Shown here piece after piece: positions 49,815-61,500 of a DNA stretch of 64,000 bases; the first letter of the stretch is position 1; every line of letters begins with the position of its first letter. This DNA comes from Cetorhinus maximus (Eukaryota), in the NCBI RefSeq assembly GCF_964194155.1, contig NC_135901.1, positions 24,924,001 through 24,988,000 on the forward strand, in the 5' to 3' direction. The notes under the pieces are model-generated. The model was not told the DNA's origin. It searched no databases and worked only from the letters and a program-made list of their open reading frames with translations. The translations under genes and the position numbers were made by a program.

Positions 49815-49999
49815 CAACAGTGATGGGATTTTGCTGTTCATCACATCTAGGACTGAATCATGTTCATTGGGGTCTGTTTCTGCTGATGTTATAAACTACA
49901 GCCCTCTTACAGCGTCTAATCTGGCAAAAAGTCAAATAAATTAGTTTTGTGTTAAAGACACAGTGTGTTGAATCTTTTTAATATCACTAACACAAGTTA

Positions 50000-51040
50000 G
50001 TTCCTTTTCAAGGGCTCTCCCTCTCCCCTGTGTCCTCCATCCTCACCTCCAACAACAAGTGTGAGGATCTCATGGAGCTTCTTTGTTGCTAAGATTGAGA
50101 CAATACGATCAGCTGCCTCTGCTGTTTCCCTCCCTTCCACTCGCCCTCCCTTCCACTCGCCCTCCCTAAAGTTCCCCATTACCCGAGCCCTGAACTCACA
50201 TCTTTCTGTCGTTTCCCTCCCATCTCCCCTCATGCCCTCTCAGAGCTCATCTTGTCCATGAAACCCACCTCCTGCTCCATCGACCCTACTCCCACTAACT
50301 GCTGATCACTCAACTTTCCAATGTTCACTGACTATGTTAATAGTTTTCTCTCTCAGATACTGTCCCTCTCTCCTTCAGATTTCCCATCATTATACCCTTC
50401 TCAAAAAACAAATGCTTGACCCCACTGTCTTTCCAAACTATTGCCCCATCTCCAGCCTCCCTTTCCTCTCCAAAGTCCTTGAACATGTTGTCACCTCCCA
50501 AATCTGTGCCCATTTTTCCCACAACTCCATGTTTGAATCCCTCCAATCAGGTTTTTGCCCCTGCCACAGTGCTGAAACAGCTCTTATCAAAGTCACAAAT
50601 GACATCCTATGTGACTGTGACAAAGATAAACTCGCCCTTCTCGCCCTCGACCTGTCTGCAGCCTTTGACAATGTTGACCACATCATTCTGCACCTTCGCC
50701 TCTCCCCTGTCGTCCAGCTGGGTGGGGCTGCTCTCTCCTGGTTCCATTCTTCTCTTTCTACTCATAGCCAGAGACTCACTTGCAATGTCTTCCCTCCCCA
50801 ATCCCACAGTTACCTCTGGTGTCCCCAAAGGATCCAGCCTTGGTCTCCTCTTATTTCTCATTAACCTGCTCCACACAATGACATCATCTGAAAACACTGT
50901 CAGTTCCCAGCTCTGCCTCACCACCACCTCTCACGACTTCTCCACTCTTGGTAAATTATCAGACTGTTTGTCTGATATCTGGTGGTGGATATGCAGAAAT
51001 TTCTTCAAATTAAACATTGGGAAGACTGAAGTCGTTGTCT
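50000..51040 (+). mobile_element. L2 LINE RT fragment
   Basis: NYCPISSLPFLSKVLE, QSGFCPCHSAETAL, LDLSAAFDNVDH, SGVPKGSSLG, KLNIGKTE. Confidence 0.9.
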
Positions 51041-51504
51041 GAATGACTGGTAGAAGCAGATTCAGTAGTAACTTTCAAAAGTGATTTAAATTTCAACTTA
51101 ATAAGTAAAGATTTGGAGGCCGATCGGAAAAGGGCAGGGGAGTGCGACAGATTGGTAACATTTTCAGAGACAGGACAGGCACAATGGGCTGAATGGCCAC
51201 CATCCGTGCTCTATGAGATTCTATCATATGTTTATTATGAATCGTTCCATTGTTATAGATGACAGAATGTCATCAAACCACAGCAGAGAAGGAGGCCATT
51301 TGGCCTATCGAATCTGTGCTGACAAATTCGGCAAGCAACCCAGTTAGTCCCACTCCCCCATTCTTTATCCCATCCCAGCACCATTTCTCCTTCAAGAATT
51401 TATCCGATTCCCTTTTGAAGGTCACTCTTGAATCTGTATCCATCCGATAGTGAATTCCAAATTCTTACCACTTGTTACTGAAAATATTTCCTCATGATGC
51501 TAGC

Positions 51505-51633
51505 GTAAAAGCAAAATACTGCAGATGCTGGGTGTCTGAAATAAAAACAGAAAATGCTGGAAAAACTCAGCAGATCTGATAGCGCCTGTGGAGAGAGAAA
51601 CAGAGTTAACATTTCGAGTCCGTGTATGACTCT
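51505..51633 (-). mobile_element. Short PLE 3'-end insertion
   Basis: aaaagcaaaatactgcagatgctgg..gttaacatttcgagtccgtgtatgactct. Confidence 0.8.
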
Positions 51634-51634
51634 C

Positions 51635-53562
51635 CATTGTACAATACCAAATTCCCTAGTCAGTTCCTCGATATTCGAGTCTAAAAAAAATCTTGTACAC
51701 TCCAGGAATTCATCCACCACAGTAATATTGCTAATTTGGTTTGCCCAATCCATATGCAGCTTAAAGTCACCCATAAATACCGTAGCACCCTTGTTACATG
51801 CATCTCTAATTTCCTGTTTAATACTGTCCCCCACCTAATCACTACTGTTTGGAAGCCTACAGACAACACCCAATAATGTTTTCTTCTCATTGTTGCTTCT
51901 TAGCTCCGCCCAGACTGATTCTACATCTAGATTTTCTGAGCCAATTTCCTCTCTCAATATCGCACTTTTGTCCTTAACTAACAATGCCACACCACCTCCT
52001 TTTCCATTTTTCCTGTCTGTCCTAAATATCAAGTCTGCTTGGACATTCAGTTCCCAGCCTTGGTCACCCTGCAGCCATGTCTCTGTAATCACAATCATAT
52101 TGTATCCAATTACATCTACTTGCACTGTTAATCCATCTACCTTATTGCGAATGTTCTGTGCTTTAGACTTTTTAACATTTTTACACATTTTTTTTGTACT
52201 ATGGCTCTGTTTACTGCTAGCCCTTGTTTCCTCTGCCTTCCACTTTTGCTTTCTACTTTTCTGTCTCTCATTCCAATCTTTGTTTCCCTCTTTTGTGTCT
52301 CCCCACTCAGTTTCCCATCCCCCTGCCAGTCTACTTTAAACCCTCCCCCACAGTACTGGCAAACACCCCAGCAAGGATATTGGTTGCAGTCCTACTGGGG
52401 TGCAACCCATCCACCTTGTCCAGGTCCCACCTTCCCCAGAATCAGTCCCAATGTCTCAGCAATCTAAATCCCTCCCTCCTGCACCATCTATCCAGCCATG
52501 AATTAATCTGGTATATTCTCCTATTCCTGATCTTTCCAGCACGTGGCACTTGGAGTAACCCTGATTCCAGGGGAATCCTGGAAACCTTGCTTTTTAATTT
52601 ATTTCCTAGCTCTCTATATTCTGCTTTCAGGACCTCATCCCTCTTTTTACCTACATCATCGGTACCTATATGGACAATGACCTCTGGCTGTTCACCCATC
52701 CCTTCAGAATGTCCTGCAGCCACTCAGTGGCATCCTTGATGCTGGCACCAGGGAGACAACATACCATGCTGGTGTCACGTCTGCGGCCGCAGAAACGTCT
52801 ATCTGTTCCCCTTATGATTGAATCCCCTGTCAATATTTCTCTTGCGCTCTCCCCGCCTTGTGCAGCTGAGCCACTCGTAATGCCACAGACTTTATTTAAT
52901 TTATTCATGGGATGTGGGCGTCGCTGGCTGGGTCAGCATTTATTGCCCATCTCTAATTGCCCTTTTCAGCGGGCATTTAAGAGTCAACCACATTGCTGTG
53001 GGTCTGGAGTCACATGTAGGCAAGACCAGGTAAGGATGACAGATTTTCTTCCCTAAAGGGATATTAGTGAACCAAATGTGTTTTCACAACAATCGACAAT
53101 GGTTTCATGGTCTTTAGACTTTTTAAATTCTAGATTGCTTATCAAATTCAAATTCCGTGGTGGGATTCAAACCCAGGTCCCCAGAGCATTACCCTGGGTG
53201 TCTGGATTATTCGTCCAGCGACAATACCACTACGCCATTGCATCCCCTTTGCTTGGACCCAGGGGCCCCTGCACTACCTGCCTAATGCTTTTACTCTGTC
53301 TGGCAGTCACCCAATCACTTTCTGCCTGTGTACTCTTTACCTGCGGTATGACCACCTTGCTGTATGTGCTATCCACGAAGATCTCTTCTTTGCTTTTGCT
53401 CCACAGTGACTCCAGCCACAGCTCCAGCTCTGAAACGTGGATTTTGAGTAGCTGCAACTGGAGACATTTCCTGCATACTTAGTCACCTGGAGACTGGAAG
53501 TGTCCCTGACTTCCCACATCGCACAGGAGGAGTATTCCACTTGGCCGAGCTGCCCTGCCATG
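51635..53562 (-). mobile_element. 5' half of a CR1 LINE: ORF1 (Cys-rich plus SGNH/GDSL esterase-like) and start of ORF2 endonuclease
   Basis: MAGQLGQVEYSSCAMWEV; GDSIIRG..CCLPGA; VIVHIGTDD..SGLL; then NIRNK, VITETWL, GGGVALLVK, MGDF. Confidence 0.85.
52890..53247 (-). mobile_element. Full-length tRNA-derived SINE inserted in CR1 ORF1
   Basis: Minus strand: A box TGGCGTAGTGG (53227-53237), B box GGTTTGAATCC (about 53163-53173). Tail gggcaattagagatgggcaataaatgctg..cccacatcccatgaataa is shared with LINE family A. Confidence 0.9.
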
Positions 53563-53577
53563 ACTTAACTGTATAAG

Positions 53578-54360
53578 CCAGTTAACTAATGGACTAGCTG
53601 CAGCTGCAAGCAGAGCCTGTATAATCTTGGTTTTAAAGCTGGGCTAAAACTCACTTTCTCCCAACCCAAAGAGTAACTTTTAGCAACACTTAGAAGGACA
53701 AGGGCAGCAAACAGAGGGGAACACCACCACCTGGAAATTCCCCTCCAAGCCACTCACCATCCTAACTTGGAAATACGTTGCCTTTCCTTCACTGTTGCTG
53801 GACAAAAATTCTGGAATTCCTAACAGCACTGTGTGTGTACCTACATCATGTGGACGACAGTGGCTCAAGAAAGCAGTTCACCATCACCTTCTCAAGGGCA
53901 ATTAGGGATGGGCAATAAATGCTGGCCTAGCTAGCGATTCCCACAGCCTATAAATGAATAAAAAATTTAACGAATGGTTTAGAGAGAAATTAATCCTTAA
54001 AAGTCCCTCTCTTACCAAACGCCAACTTAAGCACTCCAATGCAACCCAAAGCAACACTCCAGTGAAGATAAAAGCATAACTATCAATAGCTTGCTTTTCT
54101 GCTGCCTGAATCTCGCTTCTGAAAACCTGTTTAACCCAGTTAACTAATTAACTAGCTGCAGCTGCAAGCAGAACCTGTATAACCCCTGTTTTAAAGCTGG
54201 ACTAAAACTCAACTTCTCCCAACCCAAAGAACAACTTTTAGTTAGTTGCTAAATTAAAGAAAGATTATACTTTAGATAGAAATTAACCCTTAAAAGTCCC
54301 TCTCTCATCAAACTCCAGCTGAAGCACTCTGATGCACCCCAAAGCAGCCCTGCTGTGCAG
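53578..54360. repeat. Two-copy tandem repeat (about 270 bp) upstream of CR1 ORF1; first copy split by a LINE-A tail (about 53690-53965)
   Basis: ccagttaactaat..ctagctgcagctgcaagcaga..ttttaaagctgg..cccaacccaaaga at 53578 and 54137; agaaattaa.ccttaaaagtccctctct at about 53985 and 54278. Confidence 0.8.
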
Positions 54361-54519
54361 ACCAGTGAGGGTGATAATGGAACATTTTTATTTAAAAGTG
54401 CAGTGATACCTGATCACCTATTGAGTGAGTGAGTCTTTCACAGTGTTATTCAAATAATCACAGCTACTGCTGGTGATTCTCTGGCTACAATTTGATAAGA
54501 AAGGAACCAGGAGCATGAT

Positions 54520-55505
54520 GTCCCATCTAGCTGGGCACCAGTGGAGGGGCATTGGGGGAGGATGGTTTGGTTCATGGTGTCAATGACTGCAGAGAGGCCG
54601 AGAAGGACAAGGAGGGAGAGTTCATCTTGGTGACATGGAATGTAAGTTGTGATTCTAAGAGCTCATTCAACACTGTGACAGGGGCAACAGTCATATTGGG
54701 GGGATTCAAAAATGGAATTCCTGGAAAGATGGGCATGGATTTGGGAAGTGACAAGGACTTTGGATGCAAAAGGGAGGTTGGAGATGGGGTGGGAGTTTGT
54801 AAATATGTTGTGGTCAAGGGTTGGTTTTATTGAGGAGGGGCTGATGATGGCAGATTTGAAGGACAGAGGGACAGAACCTGAAGAGAGAGAACCATTAACA
54901 ATGTCAGTGAAAATGGGGAAGTTGGAAGATTAGCAGATTAGTGAGAATAGGGTCAATGGAGCAGGAGGTGGTTCTCATGGACAAGATGAGCTCTGAGAGG
55001 GCATGAGGAGAGATGGCAGATAAACATAAGAAATATGAGAGTTCAGGGCTAGGAGAAGGAGCAGCTTGAGAGGCAGTTCAGCCCGGTGTGTTAGTGGAAG
55101 GGAGGAAAGCAGCTGAGGCAGTTGATAGGATTGTCTTAATCATAGCGACAAAGAAACTCCATGAGCTCCTCACACTTGTTTTTTTCTAATTCAATCATTG
55201 GACATGGGCATCGCAGTTGAGGCCAGCATTTATTGCTCATCCCTAATTTCCCTTGAGAAGGTGAGGGTCAGCTGCCTTTTTAAGGCAGCCCTGTGGTGTA
55301 GGTACACCCACAGTGCTGTTAGGGAGGGAGTTCCAGGAATTTGACCCAGCGACAGTGAAGGAACGGCGATATATTTCCAAGTCAGGATGGTAAGTGGCTT
55401 GGAGGGGAACTTCCAGGTGATGATGTTCCCATCTATCTACTTGCCTTGTCCTTCTAGGTGGTAGCGGTCGTGGGTTCAGAAGGTGCTGTCTAAGGAGCCT
55501 GGTGA
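54520..55505 (-). mobile_element. L2 fragment downstream of ZF8, with a LINE-A tail (about 55185-55505)
   Basis: 54520-55180 is the reverse complement of about 50050-50730; the tail matches 1135-1440. Confidence 0.8.
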
Positions 55506-55736
55506 GTTGGAGTTTGAGAACAGAGGAGACAGGAAAGGGAGAGCACTTCAAAGGAATTAACTTGTGTTATAGATATTAAAAAGACTCGGCACACTGTGTG
55601 TTTAACACAAAGCTGATTTATTTTAATTATATCCAGAATATTAACACCTATAACTAGGCTGGAGTTTATTAACATCAGCAGAAAAAGAGCCCAATTTAGT
55701 CCTGATGTGATTAGCAGCAAAATCCAAACACTATAT

Positions 55737-56354
55737 TTACTTGTGAACTCGCTGGTGTGTCAGCAGGGTGGATGACTGAGTGAATCCCTTCCCACAATCA
55801 GAGCAGGTGAATGGTCTCTCCCCAGTGTGAACTCGCTGGTGCTCAGTGAGGTGAGATGACCTCCTGAACCCAGTCCCACAGTGAGAGCACCTGAACGGTC
55901 TCTCGTCAGTGTGAACACGTTGATGGGACATCAAGACCCCGGAACTTCTATAGCACTTCCCGCAGTCTGGGCATTTAAAAGGTCTCTCCCCAGTGTGACC
56001 TCGCTGGTGTATCAGCAACCTGGAGGACTGAGTAAATCCCTTCCCACACATGTGGCAAGAGAATGGCCACTCCCCAGTGTGAACTTGCTGGTGTCTTGTC
56101 AGGTGGCATGATCGAGTGAAACCTATCCCGCAGTCAGAGCAGGTGAATGGCCTCTCCCCAGTGTGAGTGCGCCTGTGACTTTCCAGCTGAACTGGATAAT
56201 TATATCCCTTCCCACAGTCTCCACATTTCCACAGTTTCTCCCTGCTGTGGCTGCATTTGTGTTTTGATAGGTTAGATGATTGGCTGAAGCCTCATCCGCA
56301 CACAGAACACGTGTACGGTTTCTCTCCACTGTGAACGGTGCTTTTCCCTTCCAT
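55737..56354 (-). pseudogene. ZF8: C2H2 zinc-finger pseudogene (about 7 fingers)
   Basis: ATG at 56354 gives MEGKSTVHSGEKPYTCSVCG* (TGA in finger 1). Further indels near 56050-56125; last fingers in ORF 55737-56051. Confidence 0.9.
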
Positions 56355-56879
56355 GTTCAAATTCCGATGATATTCTGGTTATGATAAATTGGGTGACTCT
56401 GTCAGATCCCAATGTGATGTTTGGTTTCAGCTTCCTGACTGCAAATCCTTCCCTTCCAATATCCTGTGAAATTGATATAAAACAGAAAAAGAGAGTGAGA
56501 CAGAACCCAGAAGACACAAAGGTAGGTTGTGAAATTGAGCTGAATGAATCCGGTAATTTGTGGGGCCGGCACCAGGAAAAATTGACCATGAAAACTGCTG
56601 GATTGTCGTAAAAACCCAACTGGTTCACTGATGTCCTTCAGGGTGGGAATCTGGTGTGGGCCTAAACAAGACTCTGGTTCTATGGGTGGAGAGAGGGTGT
56701 GTGTGAGAGAAAGAGAGGTGGGAGAGGCAGGTGGTGAAGGAGAAAAATTTGACATCTATAATTTGACAAGAACGTTGACAGAATCACCCAAACCCTCAGA
56801 TTCCACCACCTAGACAGACCAGGGTATGTGAACACCAGCACCTCCAAGTTCCCACCCAAGTCACGCACCATCCTGACTT

Positions 56880-57930
56880 GTCTGACGTCAAGTACGGGAT
56901 GCGCAGAAATTTCCTCTGAAGCTGAACCAGATTGTTCACAACCATGGTGTCATATCTGACTCCCAGATGAGCTTCCAACCACATATCCACATCATCACCA
57001 AGGCCGCCTATTTCTACCTCAGTAATATGGCCTGACTCCACCTTAGTCTCAGTTTATCTCCTGCAGAAACCATTATCCATTCCTTTGTTACTGCAAGGCT
57101 AAACTATCCTCACACACTCCCAGTCGGCCTTCAACATTAAACCATCCCCCTCCACCCCCGTAATCTTGAGGTCATTCAAAGCTCTGTTGCTTGTGTGTTT
57201 AGTCGCACTGTCTTGTTCACCCACTGCCAATGTACTCACTGACCTACAAAGGCTCCCAGTTAAGAAGCACCAACTTTTAAAATTCTCAAACAAAAACAAA
57301 AATAGCTGGAAAAACTCAGCAGGTCTGACAGCATCTGCGGAGAGGAATACAGTTAACGTTTCGAGTCCGTATGACTCTTCATCAGAACTAAAGAGAAATA
57401 GAAATAAGGTGAAATATAAGCTGGTTGAGGGGGGTGGGACAGGTAGAGCTGGATAGAGGGCCAGTGATAGGTGGAGGCAAAGAAGATATTGCCAAAGATG
57501 TCATAGACAAAAGGACAAAGGATAAAGTTCTCATCCATGTTTTTCTTCATGGTTGTGATCATTCCTATCTCCACAATCTCCACCACCAGCCACACAATCT
57601 CCAAGATCTCTGCACTCATCTAATTCCAGCCTCTTAAGAATTCCTGATTTTAATCGCCATCAGTGACTGTTCCTTCCATTGCCAAGGCCACAAGCTCTGG
57701 AGTTTCCTTCTTAAACCTCTTTGCCTCTCCGCGTCATTTTCCTCCTTTAAGATATTCCTTAAAACCTACTTCTTTGACAAAGCTTTTGGTCACCTGCCCT
57801 AATATCTCCTTATGTGGCTGTGTCAAATGTTACTTTGTAACATTTATGTTAAATGCATTGGAAAGTTTTATACTGTTTAGGGCACAATATAAATACAAAT
57901 TATTGTCACTGACTTGGATATATATCGTTG
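56880..57930 (+). mobile_element. L2 composite upstream of ZF8, with a PLE fragment (about 57290-57520, minus) inside
   Basis: Same L2 block as 24370-25130; PLE tail and 3' UTR on the minus strand. Confidence 0.8.
57351..57389 (-). ncRNA. Minimal type I hammerhead ribozyme motif, canonical core
   Basis: AGUU-CUGAUGA-A-GAGUC-AUACG-GACUC-GAA-ACGU-U-AACU: 4-bp stem I, 5-bp stem II, palindromic ACGU in place of stem III. Confidence 0.8.
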
Positions 57931-58049
57931 TTTTGCCTCATCAATAAGACATTGTAACTCAAAGTATGAAGCAGCTTGATGGACAATTGTTCACATTTTG
58001 TCATTGGAAAAATTTCAATAACATTGCCCCCTACAAAGATGTAGGCCAT

Positions 58050-58500
58050 GCATGCGCCCTGTTGCAAATTGCCCCCAATAAATATGGCGGCCGTTAATCT
58101 GGGTCTGGAACTGGGAGAAAGCGGCGGCCCTGCTCTGTGCAAAAGAGGGGCACGGTCCCGAGTACCGGTTGGTTGTTTTTCGTGGTTTACGGTTTACATA
58201 ACATTTACGAAGCCTATTCAACCACCGGCCGGATTGCACCGTCGCTTCACCCCACCATCCTACCCTCTCCGCCTTTACCGAATGCGAACCCGAGAAAGAA
58301 GCTTTTCCCCATCGACATTAATCACACTGCGCATGCTTCACTCAGCCGAGCCCAGCCCCTTATTCACTCCGATTGGTTGGACGACCAGCCGCCTCGACGC
58401 GCCTACAGCCCCGCCCTCTCCTTTCCTATTGGTCCGGTTCTGCCGTCAATCAGCCGGGCATTGTGAACTGTCAGGTGAGAGGTCACTGTCGTGAGCGGCT
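58050..58500. promoter_or_regulatory. CpG-rich promoter region of ZF8, possibly bidirectional
   Basis: Minus-strand GATTAACGGCCGCCATATT, tgcgcatgc, and a plus-oriented CCAAT module (58350-58500) closely matching 21570-21715. Confidence 0.75.
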
Positions 58501-58507
58501 TCCTTGA

Positions 58508-61500
58508 AACATAGGAAATGGAAGCAAGAATAGGCCATTCAGCTCTTCGAGCCTGCTCTGCCATTCATTATGATCATGGCTGATCTTCTATCTCAACGCC
58601 ATACTCCCGCTCTCTCCCCATACCCCTTGATGCCTTTAGAGTCTAGAAATCTGTTCGTTTCCTTCTTAAATATATTCAGCGACTTTGCCACCACAGCCCC
58701 CTGTGATAGAGAGTTCCACAGGTTGACCACCCTTTGAGTGAAAAAGTTTCTCCTCATCTCTATCCTAAATGGCCTACCCCGTATCCTGAGATTGTGACCT
58801 CTTGATCTAGACCCCGCCCCCAGGCAGAGGAAACGTCATCCCGGCATCCAGTCTGTCCAGCCCTGTCAGAATTTTATACGTTTCAATGAGACCCCCTCTC
58901 ATTCTTCTACACTCCAATAAATACAGGCTTTGTCGGCCCAACCTTTCCTCATACGACAATCCTGCCATCCCAGGAATCAGTCTGGTCAACGTTCGCTGCA
59001 CGCCCTCTTTGGCAAGTATATCCTTTCTTAGGTAAGGAGACAAAACTTCACACAATACTCCAGGTGTGATCTTACCAAGGCCCTGTATAACTGCAGTAAG
59101 ACATCCTTGTTCCTGTACTCAAGTCCTCTTGCAATGAAGGCCAGCATACCATTTGCCTTAACAGCTCGCTGCACCTGCATGCTTGCTTTCAGTGATTGGT
59201 GTACAAGGACACCCAGGTCCCTTTGTACCTCAACATTTCCCAATGTATCACCATTTAAATAATACTCTGCCATTCTGTTTTTCCTACCAAAGTGAATAAC
59301 TTCACACTTAACCATGTTATACTGCATCTGCTGTGTATTTGCCCACTCATTCGACATGTCTAAATCACCTTGAAGCCTCTTGACATCCTCCTCACCATTC
59401 ACATTTCCACCTAGTTTTGTGTGGTCAGCAAACTTGGAAATATTACATTTGTTTCCTTTCTCCAAATCATTGATATATACGGTGAATAGCTGGGGCCCAA
59501 GCACTGATCCCTGCGGTACCCCACCAGTCACCACATGCTATTCCAAAAAAGACCCATTTATTCCTAATCTCTGTTTTCTGTCCGCTAACCAGTTCTCAAT
59601 CCATACCAATATATTACCCCCAATCCCATGTGCTTTAATTTTGCACACTAACCTCTTACTTGGGACTTTAACCTTTCTGAAAATCCAAATACACCACATC
59701 CACTGGTTCTCCCTTATCTATTCTGCTAGTCATGTCCTCAAAAAACTCCAGGAGGTTTGTCAAACATGATTACTCTTTCATAAATCCATGTTGACTTTGT
59801 CTAATCCTGTTGATATTTTCTAAATATCCAGTTATCACATCTTTTATAATAGATTCTAGCATTTTCCCTACCACAGATGTTAGGCTAACCGGTCTGTAAT
59901 TCAGTTTCTTCCCTCCTTCCTTTTTTTTAAATCGTGGGGTTACATTTGCCACCTTCCAATCTGTCGGGACTATTCCAGAATCTACAGAATTTTGGAAGAT
60001 GACAACCAACGCATCCACTATTTCCATGGCCACCTCCATTAGTACCCTGGGATATAGATTATCAGGCCCTGGGGATTTATCAGCTTTCAGTCCCATTAAT
60101 TTCTCCAGCACTTTTTTTTAAGTAATACTAATTTCCTTCAATTCCTCCTTCTCATTAGACCTTTGGTTCCCTAGTATTTCTTGGAAGTTGTTTGTGTCTT
60201 CCTCCATGAAGACAGAAGTAATGTAGTTGTTTAATTGCACTGCCATATCCTTGTTTTCTATTATAAATTCTCCTATTTCGGACTGTAAGTGACCTACATT
60301 TGTCTTCACTAATCTTTTTCTTCTTACATGCTTGTAGAAGCTTTTACAGTCCTCTTTTATGTTCCTTGCAAGTTTACACTAGTACTCTAATTTCCCCTCT
60401 TAATCAATCTCTTGGTCCTCCTTTGCTGAATTCTAAACTGCTCCCAAACCTCAGGCTTGCTATTTTTTCAAGCAACTTTATATGACTCCTCCTTGGATCT
60501 AATACTACACTTCATTTGTTTTGTTAGCCATGGTTGGGCCACTTTTCCTGTTGTGTTTATGCACCAGAAAGGAATATAACAGTTGCAATGCATACATTCA
60601 TTCCTTATATATTAGCTACTGCCTATCCACCATCATCCCTTTTAATGACATTCCCCAATTTATCTTAGCCAGCTCACGCCTTATACCCTTGAGTTCCCTT
60701 TGTTTAGATTTAGGACTTGAGTTTCGAATTGGACTACTTTATTTTCCAACCTAAGGAAGAATTCTCTCATGTTATGGTCACTGTTTCCTAAAGGACCCCG
60801 CACCATAAGATTATTAATTAACCCCTTCTCATTGCACAAAACCAAATCCAAGATAGCCTGTTCCCTAGTTGGTTCTTCGACATACTGGTCTAAAAAACCA
60901 TCTCATACAGACTCCAGGAATTCATCCGCCACAATGTTATTGCTAATTTGGTTTGCCCAGTCTATATTAGATTAAAGTCATCCATGATTACTGTAGCACC
61001 CTTGTTATTTGCATCTCTAATTTCCTTTTTAATACTGTCCCCTGCCTTAGCACTACTGTTTGGAGGCCTGTACACAACTCCCACCAATATTTTCCACCCC
61101 TTGTTGCTTCTTAGTTCCACCCAGACTGATTCTACAACTAAATTTTCTCAGCTGATATCCTCTCTCACTATTGCACTGATTTCATCCTTAACTAACAATA
61201 CCACTCCACTTTCTTTTCCTTTGTGCCTGCCCTTCCGAAATATCGAATACCCTTGGATATTCGGTTCCCAGCCTTGGTCACCCTGCAGCTGTGCCTTTGT
61301 AATCGCAATCATATCATAGCTGTTTACTTCTATTTGCACTATTAATTCATCTACCTTATTGTGAATGCTCCATGCATTCAGAGTCAGTGCCTTTGGAGTT
61401 GTCTTTATTCACATCTTCTTTTGTACAATTGCCCTATATGCTGCCAGCCCCCGTTTCCTCTGCCTTCCACTTTTGCTTTTTACTTCCCTGTCTTTCATGT

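Noticed and set aside
53155-53247. tRNA gene
   Set aside because: A and B boxes belong to a multi-copy SINE head that runs into a SINE body and LINE-type tail.
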